From Candidatus Versatilivorator sp. (GTDB taxonomy: Bacteria; Acidobacteriota; Terriglobia; Versatilivoradales; Versatilivoraceae), in the NCBI GenBank assembly GCA_965207735.1, contig OZ242296.1, positions 4,896,001 to 4,960,000 of the forward strand: a stretch of 64,000 nt of DNA. Reading direction: 5' to 3'. The translations under genes were made by a program, and so were the position numbers. A model generated the notes under the pieces. That model ran no database searches, had not been told where the DNA came from, and saw nothing but the letters and a program-made list of their open reading frames with translations. This document shows positions 37,301-46,025 of the stretch, in pieces (the first letter of the stretch is position 1; each line of letters opens with the position of its first letter).

Positions 37301-40251
37301 GTGGCCAGTAGCAGATCCAGAGCCGCTGACCCCTCCTGGCCCTCGATCGGGGCTGCCGCCAGGAAGTCGTCGTTCGGGGGCCTGCCGGCAATCCCGGATG
37401 CGGCTTGGCCCGCACCCGCGCCGACCGACACCGATGCCGCCTGCGCGTTCCAGGCGCTCGCGCTAAAGTAGAGGCGCGCCGTGCCCGACTCCCCGGTGTG
37501 GGAAACCCTCAACTTGATTTCCCGAGCCTCTCCCGCCGAGATTTCGCCGAGCGGGATCGAAGACCCCAGAGGAACGGGGGAGGCCTCGACCGCTTCCTGC
37601 CCCGGAAATGCAGGGATCTCGGGTTCCGGCGCCTCGAGTTCACCCGACAACTCCACCGTCAGTCCATCCTGGCGGGACACCTCCACGGTGTGAATCCGCA
37701 CCTGGTCGCAGCCGGAGAGGCCTCCCTCGTCCCGGCAGTCGATGTGGAGCCGGGTTCCGGAGGCCACGTAGTCGTTTGCGCTCAGGGTCAGGGTCAGTTC
37801 CTGTTCCGGGCCGCCTTCGAGGGCGCTGCTGTCGGCTTCGATCCTCAGGTTGGGGGTGGAGGCGCCCCGGATCACCGTCCAGGCCAGCGCCGCCCGAGGC
37901 GCGGCGGTGTAGATGCGGTGGGCCGCCACCTTGGCCCGGTAGACGCCTGGTTGTGGATTTCTGAGGATGATCCACTCCACGTTGTCCACCCGGGAAGAGG
38001 AAACATGCTCCCCACAGGCGACGGCCCCGCAATCGGCGTCGCGGTCGAGCCACAGGTCGAGATCGTTCAACACGGCGCTTGCGATGGTGTCGGTGGGCGG
38101 CTCGTCCCAGGCCATCACCAGGTCGAGGCGGCTGGCGCCTTCCGGCACCAGGATGTCCTGAAAGGCGTACTCGCCGTCCTGCAACTCGGAGACCGCGCCG
38201 CCGCCGCTCCAGCCGTCGGTTCGATCCCGGTTGAGCACGGCGGTTCGGGCAGACACCTTGCCCAGTCCGTACTGGGCATGCAGCCTTCCCGGCCCGCCGG
38301 TGTTCGTCGCGGGGAACGCCGCGGCGTCCTCCAGCCATGCGTCCGGCCGGATGGCGCTGGCCATCAGCCGGGCCCGGGCCAGCGCGGGCTGCTCCCGGAA
38401 GGCCGGGACCGCATCCATCAGCAGGGCGGCCACCCCGGCCACCGCAGGCGACGAGAAACTGGTGCCGTTGAAGCGGACATAGCCCCCGGGGCTGCCCTCG
38501 CCCCGGGCCGTGTGGATGCCGACGCCGGTGGCGACCACCTGGGGCGCCAGGCGTCCGTCGAAGGTGGGCCCGTGACTGCTGAAGGACGCGATGTCCCCGC
38601 TGTCCAGCACGGCGCCGACGGCCAGCGAGTTCTTGGCGCTGGCGAAGTCGGAGAATCCATTGATCCCTTCGTTCGATTGCGCGACCACATACAGTTGGCG
38701 GTGACTCCAGACGATGGAGTCGAGCTTGCGCTCGTCGACTCCCCTTCCCTCGAATTCCCTGGAGGACCCACTAAGGCTCACATTGACGATCAGGGGTTTA
38801 GCCGGAAGGGACGGGTTGGCTGCTTCGGCGCACTCGGTCGGGCGGGCAAGAAAATCCATGGCTCGATTGACGCCGTCCCCGAATCCGAATCCGGAGCTGT
38901 TCAAGACCTTGGCGAAACGGATGTGGCGAACCGAAGGCGCCATGCCGGCGAAACGGGGTTCGTCGGAACCGTTTCCGAGGATGGTTCCGGTGACGGCGGT
39001 ACCGTGTGAACCTGCATCGATCCACAGGTCCTCGGACTCGTCGGTCCCGCCGAACCCCAAGAAGCCGAGGTCCAGCGAGAAGTTGGCCCCGCACACGCTT
39101 TCCCGGTTGGACGCGATGTCGGGATGGTTGATATTGATTCCGGTGTCCATGACGCCGATAGGGACCGAGGCCCCGCCGATGCCCGAGAAGAGACCGGGAG
39201 CCCCGTCGTATCTTCGCAAGGCATCGGCGCCCATGGCGGGAACAGCCGTGTCGAGCCTGGATTCGAAGATCCCGATGGGCTCGACCGCCAGCACGAAATC
39301 CGCCGCGGCAATTGCCTCCATCCGAGCCTGGGGCAGACTGGCCGCATAGACCCGGATGTTCGGGTCGAAGCGACCCACCACCGCCCCCAGCTCCTCGAGC
39401 GCCTGCCGCCAGCGGGCGTCGGGATCGCCGGTCATCAGGGTGATGTACACGGGCGTCGATTCCTGGGCGGAGGCGCCGGGCGATGGGTTCACCAGCGCCT
39501 GGGCAAGTTTTCTCTCCAGGGGCAGGGCGCCCAGCCCATCGACCTCCGGCAAGGCCGCGATGGCTTGCAGACGGGCCTCGTCGCCCGGGAGCCTGGCGCG
39601 AACGAGCACTCCCGAGGAACCGACGATCCGGGCGCCCGTGCCTTCGAGCGCCTGCGCCAGGTCATTGGCCGTGGCGTCCCCGGCAAGCCGGATCCAGCCG
39701 AAAGACCAGTCACGTCCGGCCGCGGCGGCCTGGGCGGACAGCCTCTCGATCGCAGTCTCCGTGCCGAGCCAGTCGAGATCCATCAGGGAGCGTTCGCCTC
39801 CAGCGGCCACCTCACCCTGGAGTCGCTCCCGGGGCATCTCACCGTGGTAGGAGACGAACGAATAGCCGGCGGGAGGGGAGGGAGAGGAGTCTTGCACGGA
39901 CTGTTCGGAGACGGACGACGCCGCGGAAGATCGAGGCGCGGCCTCAATGGCCGGTTCCCGGACGCCTCCACGGCTTTCCTCGGATATCCGGGCCGCGGCG
40001 GCTCGGGTCATCTTGGATGCCTGCGCCGGGGCCAACCGTGCCTTTTCCCGGCCCTCGCCAGGGGAAGTCTCGGAAGTGACCAGGTCCGGCGAGCCTGCCA
40101 TCACGCACAGGACGCCAAGGGTAGTGAGACTGCTTCTATACGCTTGCGCAAACCGCGATGCCCGGCTCGAAGCAGTTGGCCAGGTCCCGCCGCCGGTCTT
40201 GCTCAGCCGGCTGACCGCTTCCCGGATGTGCCGTTTGAGAGGTTCGGTCAC
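34369..40251 (-). CDS. Large S8 (subtilisin-like) serine peptidase with repeated 'PxND' beta-sandwich modules and a C-terminal beta-propeller
   Basis: Catalytic triad VMDTG / SHGTAV / GTSFSSP; four PPNDD/PVNDN/PGNDR repeats; lactonase-like SPDGRHAY blades. Start uncertain. Confidence 0.88.
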   Translation of the reverse strand: MTEPLKRHIREAVSRLSKTGGGTWPTASSRASRFAQAYRSSLTTLGVLCVMAGSPDLVTSETSPGEGREKARLAPAQASKMTRAAAARISEESRGGVREPAIEAAPRSSAASSVSEQSVQDSSPSPPAGYSFVSYHGEMPRERLQGEVAAGGERSLMDLDWLGTETAIERLSAQAAAAGRDWSFGWIRLAGDATANDLAQALEGTGARIVGSSGVLVRARLPGDEARLQAIAALPEVDGLGALPLERKLAQALVNPSPGASAQESTPVYITLMTGDPDARWRQALEELGAVVGRFDPNIRVYAASLPQARMEAIAAADFVLAVEPIGIFESRLDTAVPAMGADALRRYDGAPGLFSGIGGASVPIGVMDTGININHPDIASNRESVCGANFSLDLGFLGFGGTDESEDLWIDAGSHGTAVTGTILGNGSDEPRFAGMAPSVRHIRFAKVLNSSGFGFGDGVNRAMDFLARPTECAEAANPSLPAKPLIVNVSLSGSSREFEGRGVDERKLDSIVWSHRQLYVVAQSNEGINGFSDFASAKNSLAVGAVLDSGDIASFSSHGPTFDGRLAPQVVATGVGIHTARGEGSPGGYVRFNGTSFSSPAVAGVAALLMDAVPAFREQPALARARLMASAIRPDAWLEDAAAFPATNTGGPGRLHAQYGLGKVSARTAVLNRDRTDGWSGGGAVSELQDGEYAFQDILVPEGASRLDLVMAWDEPPTDTIASAVLNDLDLWLDRDADCGAVACGEHVSSSRVDNVEWIILRNPQPGVYRAKVAAHRIYTAAPRAALAWTVIRGASTPNLRIEADSSALEGGPEQELTLTLSANDYVASGTRLHIDCRDEGGLSGCDQVRIHTVEVSRQDGLTVELSGELEAPEPEIPAFPGQEAVEASPVPLGSSIPLGEISAGEAREIKLRVSHTGESGTARLYFSASAWNAQAASVSVGAGAGQAASGIAGRPPNDDFLAAAPIEGQEGSAALDLLLATPEPGEPLFTASRGRPAGSVWYAWTAQADGPVHFDIPPPVDPGDMRSDRIDIFRGDRIAALDRIASGQWGSTFFAEQGRTYRIRVSNDARGAALELRWARGSRPVNDNLAEASLIEGPAGLVLGNNRGATLEPGEWFGFAAATTWYRWTAPADGLWVFETDAPRRVFVFEKYPAESGVFERDLFPPDTTATDGISRLRLVSSFPLEGSVVTAGGGREYLIAVAEPTAYSSGGAYPLRWSALPFAPRPPNDDIAGAEPIESALASEHLIVVDPFATVEPGESAESGVRTKWWVWEAPEDGLYTWSLKDPGEFSLSLFPTHSRLRVTVFTGSSIEALHLVAESRMDAEPSDFVFQAAGGQRYWIAAGFPTGDLSGFSEPGASAKIVWGPTPGNDRFHSAAPLSGATGSITGSNRYATMEPSERIGPLGHSSLWWTYEAPASGWYRFRIDEPFAPWVLAVYRESLDGFGPLEFVRSSHQPEWTGSYAIEVVFFAEAGSRYKIRLGTRGSESGDEFSLDWDESEAPVWLKYVGSLADGDLDAQGTPVAIRGPASLALNDRGTVLYVASGLGLQVFERDSKTGNLTLLQELGDYDLEDSSLIWDGQRAALYAHRCGAWRRFAPVDETHRELRDEGMLSVTDLSGAANCSGDVFMDSGGSFIHTVDPLQGQLQVLAFDTAGELRHVQTLTVPGLKRALISNGGSHVYAATHSSLLVFQRDGETGALTQAGSVEQGLRNLESIVISSDDRYLFAFDDNGRRSNLFRLEEDPSSPQPIGSLPPFWNPPFEFFTFDNRCGGIARRGGPAVDLFCKDLAFGVQWQPENGVLEPTDLVAPWRPDRFNNPIPEFGHTRHFVASPDGRHAYLSTEEAGLLIFERIGVGADRFVRLEMLSVSPGQVRFGPVSSSDCIAVENVFIDGTHFAVLQSKWQTRAGPDAEWDDIEGTQTVGELCAHAPSAPGEFRLVAEITIDGKTGQYASNILIR

Positions 40252-40257
40252 GTGTCG

Positions 40258-41319
40258 TTACCCCGATATCGAGATCTCTGAAATCGTCCAGCTCCCGTCG
40301 TCATTCCTGCCGGCCACGAAGGTAATCCGATACTGACTCACCGCGGTATTGCTCAAGTTGTGGGATGAGCCCGAACAGGAAGTGAAGCTACCGATGCTCA
40401 AACAGCTTGTACCGTTGGGGTTCACCGTGAAGGTCCCGATCCGGCTGCCCCCGCTGGTGAGGCTGCATTGGCCTCCGGATCGAAGGACGGTTTCGGAAGT
40501 GCAAGCCTGAGACTCACCGGTTCCGGTGGGCGGTCCGGCGCCGTCTTCCGGCTTCATCGGATAAACCAGGGTTCCATCGTTGGATCGATTGTCGACCGAC
40601 ACCGCCCATAGGTAGGTACCACCGCTTGTTTTCCACTCGATCCATCCGAAGTTTACCGTGGCGCTGATGGGTTTTTGCTGCCAGGAGTAGGGCGCCATTT
40701 CAAAGCTGAGGGTCTCGACCAGGCCGGACTCGTCGGAGACCTCGGCCTGAATCGAAACAGGCTCATCGCTTGGATTGAAAGCGCCAATATTGGTTCTTTG
40801 ATGCTCATTGACGGTGATTCCAAAATTGTAGGCCCGATCTCCTTCATCGACCAATGGAGCGATCCCATTGACGACCGGCGTGGTGAAACGGCCGTTCTCC
40901 GAGTCTGCGTAGACCTCGGCGGTCAAGTAGAACTTGTAACGGGACTCTGCAGAATCGCCGGCCTCACTGTCTCTCTCGGACTGAAGCACGACCGATCCGT
41001 TGCCCGTGTAGTTGAACACCGACCTGAAAAAATTATCCCACCCTCTGTAGTGAGTCTCCGGCATGGAGATGATTTTCTGACTCACCAGGCCATTCGGACC
41101 GTAGAGAGTGGCCGTAATGGAATATTCATGCGAAGTAAGGTTGCCTATCACGACTCGGGTTCTGAAGCTCTTCACGTGGGCCGCCGTGGGAATCACGGCC
41201 AGCGAAGTGGGTCGAGCGTATCCGAGCGCATTCACGTCGCGTTCAGAAACTGCCGTTTCCGCGAAGGCAAGCATCCCGAGTTGAATCAACAGGGCACAAC
41301 AAGCAATGAGGTGTTTCAT
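40258..41319 (-). CDS. Hypothetical secreted protein sharing the C-terminal domain type of the giant adhesin
   Basis: Signal peptide from ATG 41319; VIPTAAH..SFRT, RTNIGAFN and SVDNRSNDG blocks; Cys-containing tail. Confidence 0.7.
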   Translation of the reverse strand: MKHLIACCALLIQLGMLAFAETAVSERDVNALGYARPTSLAVIPTAAHVKSFRTRVVIGNLTSHEYSITATLYGPNGLVSQKIISMPETHYRGWDNFFRSVFNYTGNGSVVLQSERDSEAGDSAESRYKFYLTAEVYADSENGRFTTPVVNGIAPLVDEGDRAYNFGITVNEHQRTNIGAFNPSDEPVSIQAEVSDESGLVETLSFEMAPYSWQQKPISATVNFGWIEWKTSGGTYLWAVSVDNRSNDGTLVYPMKPEDGAGPPTGTGESQACTSETVLRSGGQCSLTSGGSRIGTFTVNPNGTSCLSIGSFTSCSGSSHNLSNTAVSQYRITFVAGRNDDGSWTISEISISG

Positions 41320-41459
41320 GGCTCTCTCTTGTGTCTTCTCTACGGATCCTCTCCGACTGGAAAATGGCGGATTCCTTGGACATTTCGTCCCGGACGGCCG
41401 AAGTGGGAATTCTTCCCTTTCCGCGAACACTCCGGTGCAACCTTTCTCCATTGTAGCAG

Positions 41460-42946
41460 GAGCCTTTTGCAAAATTCGCAGATAGCGGGAATTTTCACGT
41501 GGGGAAAGATCAAGGAGGGCAGGTGGAAGGAGGGGCAAGACCACTGTCTGTTGTATCATGAAGGTGTCTGAACCACATGATGAACGGAGGTGGAACTTGC
41601 CCCTTAGGGAAACCCTATCACGACACTGGTTCCGGTTTCAACGAGAGCTGTTTCCCCTGCTGGAGGAAGTTTTGGGGCCTCTGGGAGAGCGTTACCAGCG
41701 GCTGGTGCAGGTATTGGAGTTGGTGCGGGTGGAGGAGTTGCTGCCTTACAGTCGGGGCTGGCGTGGCCGGCCGCTGGAGGATCGGGCAGTGCTGGCGCGA
41801 GCCTATCTGGCGAAGTCGATGCTGGAGGTGGCGACCACGCGGGGATTGGTGGAGCGGCTGAGGAGTGAGGGGAGGCTGCGGCGGCTGTGCGGCTGGGAGA
41901 GGGCGTGGGAGGTACCGAGCGAGTCGACCTTCTCGCGGGCCTTTGCGGAATTCGCTGAGAGCGACCTGCCGGGGCGTTTGCACGAGGCATTGCTGGAGGA
42001 GACGCTGAAGGGCCACTTGGCGGGGCATGTGTCGAGGGACTCGACGGCGATTGCGGGACGGGAAAAGCCAGCGGCCAAGGCTGCGCCGGAGGCCAAGCGG
42101 AAACGCCGGCGGGGCCGGCCGCCGAAGGGCGAGCGACGGCCCAAGCGGTTGAGCCGGCTGGAGCGGCAGGGGTCGATGACGCTGGAGGAAATGTTGAAGG
42201 AGTTGCCCAAGGCCTGCGACATCGGCGTCAAGCGCAACGCCAAGGGGCATCAGGAGAGCTGGACCGGCTACAAGCTACACCTCGACGCCATTGACGGCGG
42301 GATTCCGGTCAGTTGTCTGCTGACCTCGGCCTCGGTGCATGACTCTCAGGCAGCCATTCCGCTGGCGACGCTGACGGCAAGGCGGGTCGAGAGTCTCTAC
42401 GACTTGATGGACAGCGCCTACGATGCGCCGGAGATCCGGGCCTTCAGTGAGAAGCTGGGGCATGTGCCGATTATTGACGTCAACCCCCGCCGAAGAGCTA
42501 CCTTGAAAGCCGAGCGGAAGCGGGAGGCACTGGCCCGGCGCTGTATCGGCCAAGTGACTCCCGAGGCGCGGCGCTACCGGGAACGCTCGACGGTGGAGCG
42601 GGTCAACGGACGGCTCAAGGAGGAGTTTGGCGGGAGGCAGGTGAGGGTTCGCGGCCCCGACAAGGTGAGGTGCCACCTGATGTTCGGCATTCTGGCCCTG
42701 ACGGTGGATCAGTTGATGCGCCTGACGCTCTGAAGACCGGGTTGCCACCCCCAACCGCACAGCAGGTTCGCCCGCCTCAAGGCCGGGAGAGGGTAAGCTG
42801 TGCCTGCGTCCGGCGACCGCTGGCCATCCGGCCATCAGATTCGGGCTTTTTCCTTCAAAAGGGTCTTTGCAGCTGGGTAGTCACCGCCGGAACATCACTG
42901 TTGCCAGCCCAATGTCATGCCCGATTCCGAATTTTGCAAAAGGCTC
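41460..42946 (+). mobile_element. Insertion sequence, IS4/IS5-like, copy 2
   Basis: Same TIRs and sequence as copy 1; 4-bp target duplication GCAG (41456-41459 and 42947-42950). Confidence 0.93.
41558..42733 (+). CDS. DDE transposase (IS4/IS5-like), identical to 32588-33763
   Basis: Identical 391-aa translation. Confidence 0.92.
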   Translation: MKVSEPHDERRWNLPLRETLSRHWFRFQRELFPLLEEVLGPLGERYQRLVQVLELVRVEELLPYSRGWRGRPLEDRAVLARAYLAKSMLEVATTRGLVERLRSEGRLRRLCGWERAWEVPSESTFSRAFAEFAESDLPGRLHEALLEETLKGHLAGHVSRDSTAIAGREKPAAKAAPEAKRKRRRGRPPKGERRPKRLSRLERQGSMTLEEMLKELPKACDIGVKRNAKGHQESWTGYKLHLDAIDGGIPVSCLLTSASVHDSQAAIPLATLTARRVESLYDLMDSAYDAPEIRAFSEKLGHVPIIDVNPRRRATLKAERKREALARRCIGQVTPEARRYRERSTVERVNGRLKEEFGGRQVRVRGPDKVRCHLMFGILALTVDQLMRLTL

Positions 42947-42990
42947 GCAGTAATAAACGGGAGGCGGAGCGGCCGCTTTGCGCCGAGGCT

Positions 42991-44868
42991 TTACTTGGAT
43001 AGGACGGTGGAGGACTGCTCCTTCAGCGGCACCCGAAAGCCCACCCTGGTTCGGCCGGCGGCAGACTGCACCTCGAGGGTGCCCTGCTCCCCGTAACAGA
43101 GCCGCAGGCGGCGCCGGACGTTCTCAAGGCCCTGTCCGTTCTCCCGGTGTCCGGAGGATTGAAACCCGGGGCCGTCGTCGGAGACCGTGACCCTGAGGGC
43201 GCCGTCTTCCAGGGCGGCGTCCAGCCCGATGCTTCCCCCCTCGGCCTTCCTGCCGATCCCGTGCTTGATGGCGTTTTCGACCAGGGGCTGGATCGAGAGG
43301 GCCGGGATTTCCACCCGGAGGGCTTCCGGGCTGACATCGATCCGGGTAGACAGGCGGTCCCCCAGCCGCAAGCGCTCCACCTCCAGGTAGGCCTGCACGG
43401 TTCGGAGTTCCTCTTCCAGCGGCACCTGCTGGCGATTCCCCTGCAGCAGGTAGCGAAAGATCTCGGCCAGGTTGACCACGGTGCGCCGTGCCTCGGCGGC
43501 CGCTCGCGGAATGAGGCCGTAGAGCGCATTGAGGGAGTTGAAGAGGAAGTGGGGATTGATCTGCGCCCGCAGGGCCTGCAGCTCCGCCCGGGTGGCCAGA
43601 CCCTGCAGCTCGGTGCGCCTCCGGCGAGCCACTTGCGCCTCCACCTCGGTGGCCAGGCGGTTCAGATCCTCCAGGTCCTGGCTGAGGTAGCGTCTCCCCG
43701 CCTGCCGCCCGCTCAAGAGCAGTACCTGGCGGTCTCCCTCGGCAAACCGCAGGGGCACCGCCACTTCGGCCCATCTCCTGGAGCCGAGTTCCGCACTTTG
43801 GCCACGGTCCAGAACCTGCGGGCCGATTCCCTCCCTGACAACAGGCCCCGGTGTGTCGCTCTCCGCCAGCAGCTCCGCGCGGCCGGCCTTGGCGAAGGCG
43901 GCCACTTCCCGGCCCGCCTGCTGCAGAAACACCTCTTCGCTCCCGGCGCCGGCCAGCGCCTGGAGCTTCTGCAGCGCCGCACTCAGGCTCCCCCTGCGAA
44001 AGACCCGGCGCTCCACCCATCTCTGAAGGTGGCCGCGCAGCTCGGAAAATCCGAGCAGGGCCAAGCCCACCCCGGTGATGGTCACCGCCAGTGAGAATCC
44101 CCCTTGGGCGGAGGCGGGATCGAGCTCCAGCCGGCTCAACAGCCCGATTAAGCCCACCGCGAATACCACCGCCAGCAGCGCATTCCCCAGAAAGCGAACG
44201 AAGACGTCCAGCAGCAGAAAGCGGTAGTCCTGCAGCAGCACCACCAGGGCCACGGGGATGCCGACATGGTGCAGGAGGAGTTCGTGAGCCCAGGCATCGG
44301 GTCCGTGGACCTCCCCGAAGTGGAGGAAGGAGACGGCAAACAGGAACAGGGCCATGGCGCCCAGCATGCGCATGCCCGCCCCCTTGCGCCGCTGCTGGTC
44401 TTTCCAGAGGACAAGGGCCGCCAGCACGGCCAGGCCGCCGAATCCGAAGGTGATCAGCCGGAGCCCGAACTGATGGGAAGCCCCCTCGGTGCCGAAGATT
44501 TCAGCCAGATGGATGCCGCAGGCCAGCAACCCCACTCCGTAACCGGTCCAGCTCAGCAGCGAACGCCGTGAGCCCATCGAAACGTGCAGCAGCACACTCG
44601 GCAGCAGGCTCAAGGTGGCAAAACTTCCCGCCACCATCACACGGCGCGCCAGGCTGGGTGAATCCGCCGCCGCCAGCACTCCCAAGGAACCGGCGTTCCA
44701 CAGCAGGGCCAGCAGGGCCGCCCCGCCCGGCAGCCAGATGTCCCCGCGGAGCGACCGGCGCCGGCTGCGCCAAAGGAAGTAGAGAAAACCGCTGAAGGCC
44801 GCCAAGCCAAAGATGTGGCCCAGCGTATTGACCAGCAGCGGCAGATGAATGGTGGATTCATTGTCCAT
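42991..44868 (-). CDS. LytS/YehU-family membrane sensor histidine kinase
   Basis: Multiple N-terminal TM helices; LRAQINPHFLFNSLN, QPLVENAIKHG and DDGPG motifs. Confidence 0.93.
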   Translation of the reverse strand: MDNESTIHLPLLVNTLGHIFGLAAFSGFLYFLWRSRRRSLRGDIWLPGGAALLALLWNAGSLGVLAAADSPSLARRVMVAGSFATLSLLPSVLLHVSMGSRRSLLSWTGYGVGLLACGIHLAEIFGTEGASHQFGLRLITFGFGGLAVLAALVLWKDQQRRKGAGMRMLGAMALFLFAVSFLHFGEVHGPDAWAHELLLHHVGIPVALVVLLQDYRFLLLDVFVRFLGNALLAVVFAVGLIGLLSRLELDPASAQGGFSLAVTITGVGLALLGFSELRGHLQRWVERRVFRRGSLSAALQKLQALAGAGSEEVFLQQAGREVAAFAKAGRAELLAESDTPGPVVREGIGPQVLDRGQSAELGSRRWAEVAVPLRFAEGDRQVLLLSGRQAGRRYLSQDLEDLNRLATEVEAQVARRRRTELQGLATRAELQALRAQINPHFLFNSLNALYGLIPRAAAEARRTVVNLAEIFRYLLQGNRQQVPLEEELRTVQAYLEVERLRLGDRLSTRIDVSPEALRVEIPALSIQPLVENAIKHGIGRKAEGGSIGLDAALEDGALRVTVSDDGPGFQSSGHRENGQGLENVRRRLRLCYGEQGTLEVQSAAGRTRVGFRVPLKEQSSTVLSK

Positions 44869-45193
44869 GGATCGGGCCTGCCCCCATCAGTATACGTTCT
44901 GAACGGGCATTTTCCATTGGCTCTGCGCCGTTGGTGCATAATAGGAACTTTGGCAGGAAAACCGGTACGCGTCTCGATCGCCCGACAGGGGGCGGCGCTC
45001 GAGTCATCCGGCAGCCGGCAACGACATGCCATGGCTCCGGGAGCCGATGCCGACCGCTCCGGCTCGGGTCGTCACGACGGGTCCCGGGTTATCCGCCCGC
45101 GGTTCGGATGGGGCCGCCGATGCGGCAGATCCTCCCACCGGTCGAAACCCACTCTGCCTTGAACCCGGGATTGGTTTATAAGAACGAGCAACT

Positions 45194-45955
45194 ATGCTCA
45201 GGAAACCCCTTCGAACGCTGGTGGTGGACGACGAACCCGTATCCCGGCGGGTGCTGCTGGAGGACCTGGCCGAGATGGAGGACGTCTCGGTGGTCGGTGA
45301 AGCCGACAACGGCCAGCGGGCGCTGCAGCAGATCGAGAAGCTCCGGCCGGACCTGGTCCTGCTCGACATTCAAATGCCGGTCATGGACGGCTTCCAGGTG
45401 CTCAGCCAACTCCAGGGGCCGCTGCCATCCATCATCTTCGTGACCGCTTACAGCGAGCATGCCCTCAATGCCTTCGAGGTCGGGGCAGTCGACTACCTGC
45501 TGAAACCCGTCAGTCCCGATCGTCTGAACAGAGCGGTGGAGCGTGCCTGGGCCGCCCTGGGGAACCGGCTGGAAGCCGTGGAACGGGTGGCCTTAACGCT
45601 GGGTGCGGCCGAGGCCGGGAAGAAGCGGCGAGTAGTGAAGATCGCCGCCAGGAAAGGTGAAGACTACTATCTGCTGGATATGGATGAAGTCTTTGCTTTT
45701 CAGGCCGATCGCGAAATCGTCTGGATCAGGACCCGCGACAAGAGCTACATGGCCGCTCAGACCCTCCAGGCCATCGACGATCGCCTGGGCGGAACCCAGT
45801 TTCAGCGGGTCCATCGGAGCGTTCTGGTCAACCTGGACAAGGTCCGCAAGATAAGCACTCTCAGCAGCCAGCGCTGGTTGCTGACTCTGACCAACGGACT
45901 GGAATACACCGTGAGCAAGCGGCAGACTCCCCTGCTCCGGGACCTGCTGCGGTAA
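45194..45955 (+). CDS. LytTR-family response regulator
   Basis: VDDE, LDIQMP, FVTAY and DYLLKP receiver motifs; FQRVHRS LytTR motif. Confidence 0.95.
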   Translation: MLRKPLRTLVVDDEPVSRRVLLEDLAEMEDVSVVGEADNGQRALQQIEKLRPDLVLLDIQMPVMDGFQVLSQLQGPLPSIIFVTAYSEHALNAFEVGAVDYLLKPVSPDRLNRAVERAWAALGNRLEAVERVALTLGAAEAGKKRRVVKIAARKGEDYYLLDMDEVFAFQADREIVWIRTRDKSYMAAQTLQAIDDRLGGTQFQRVHRSVLVNLDKVRKISTLSSQRWLLTLTNGLEYTVSKRQTPLLRDLLR

Positions 45956-46025
45956 GCCGCGTTGCTCACCGGCGCCCGGGTAGTGGAACAAGCGGGAGGA
46001 TTGCTTCCGCCGCCTATGCAGCTAG

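Noticed and set aside
40258-41559. 433-aa version of the secreted protein
   Set aside because: The extension runs into the IS end; the signal peptide starts at ATG 41319.
32490-42946. Composite transposon that moved as a unit
   Set aside because: Outer flanks (GTAA and GCAG) do not match, and copy 2 has its own target duplication, indicating independent insertion.
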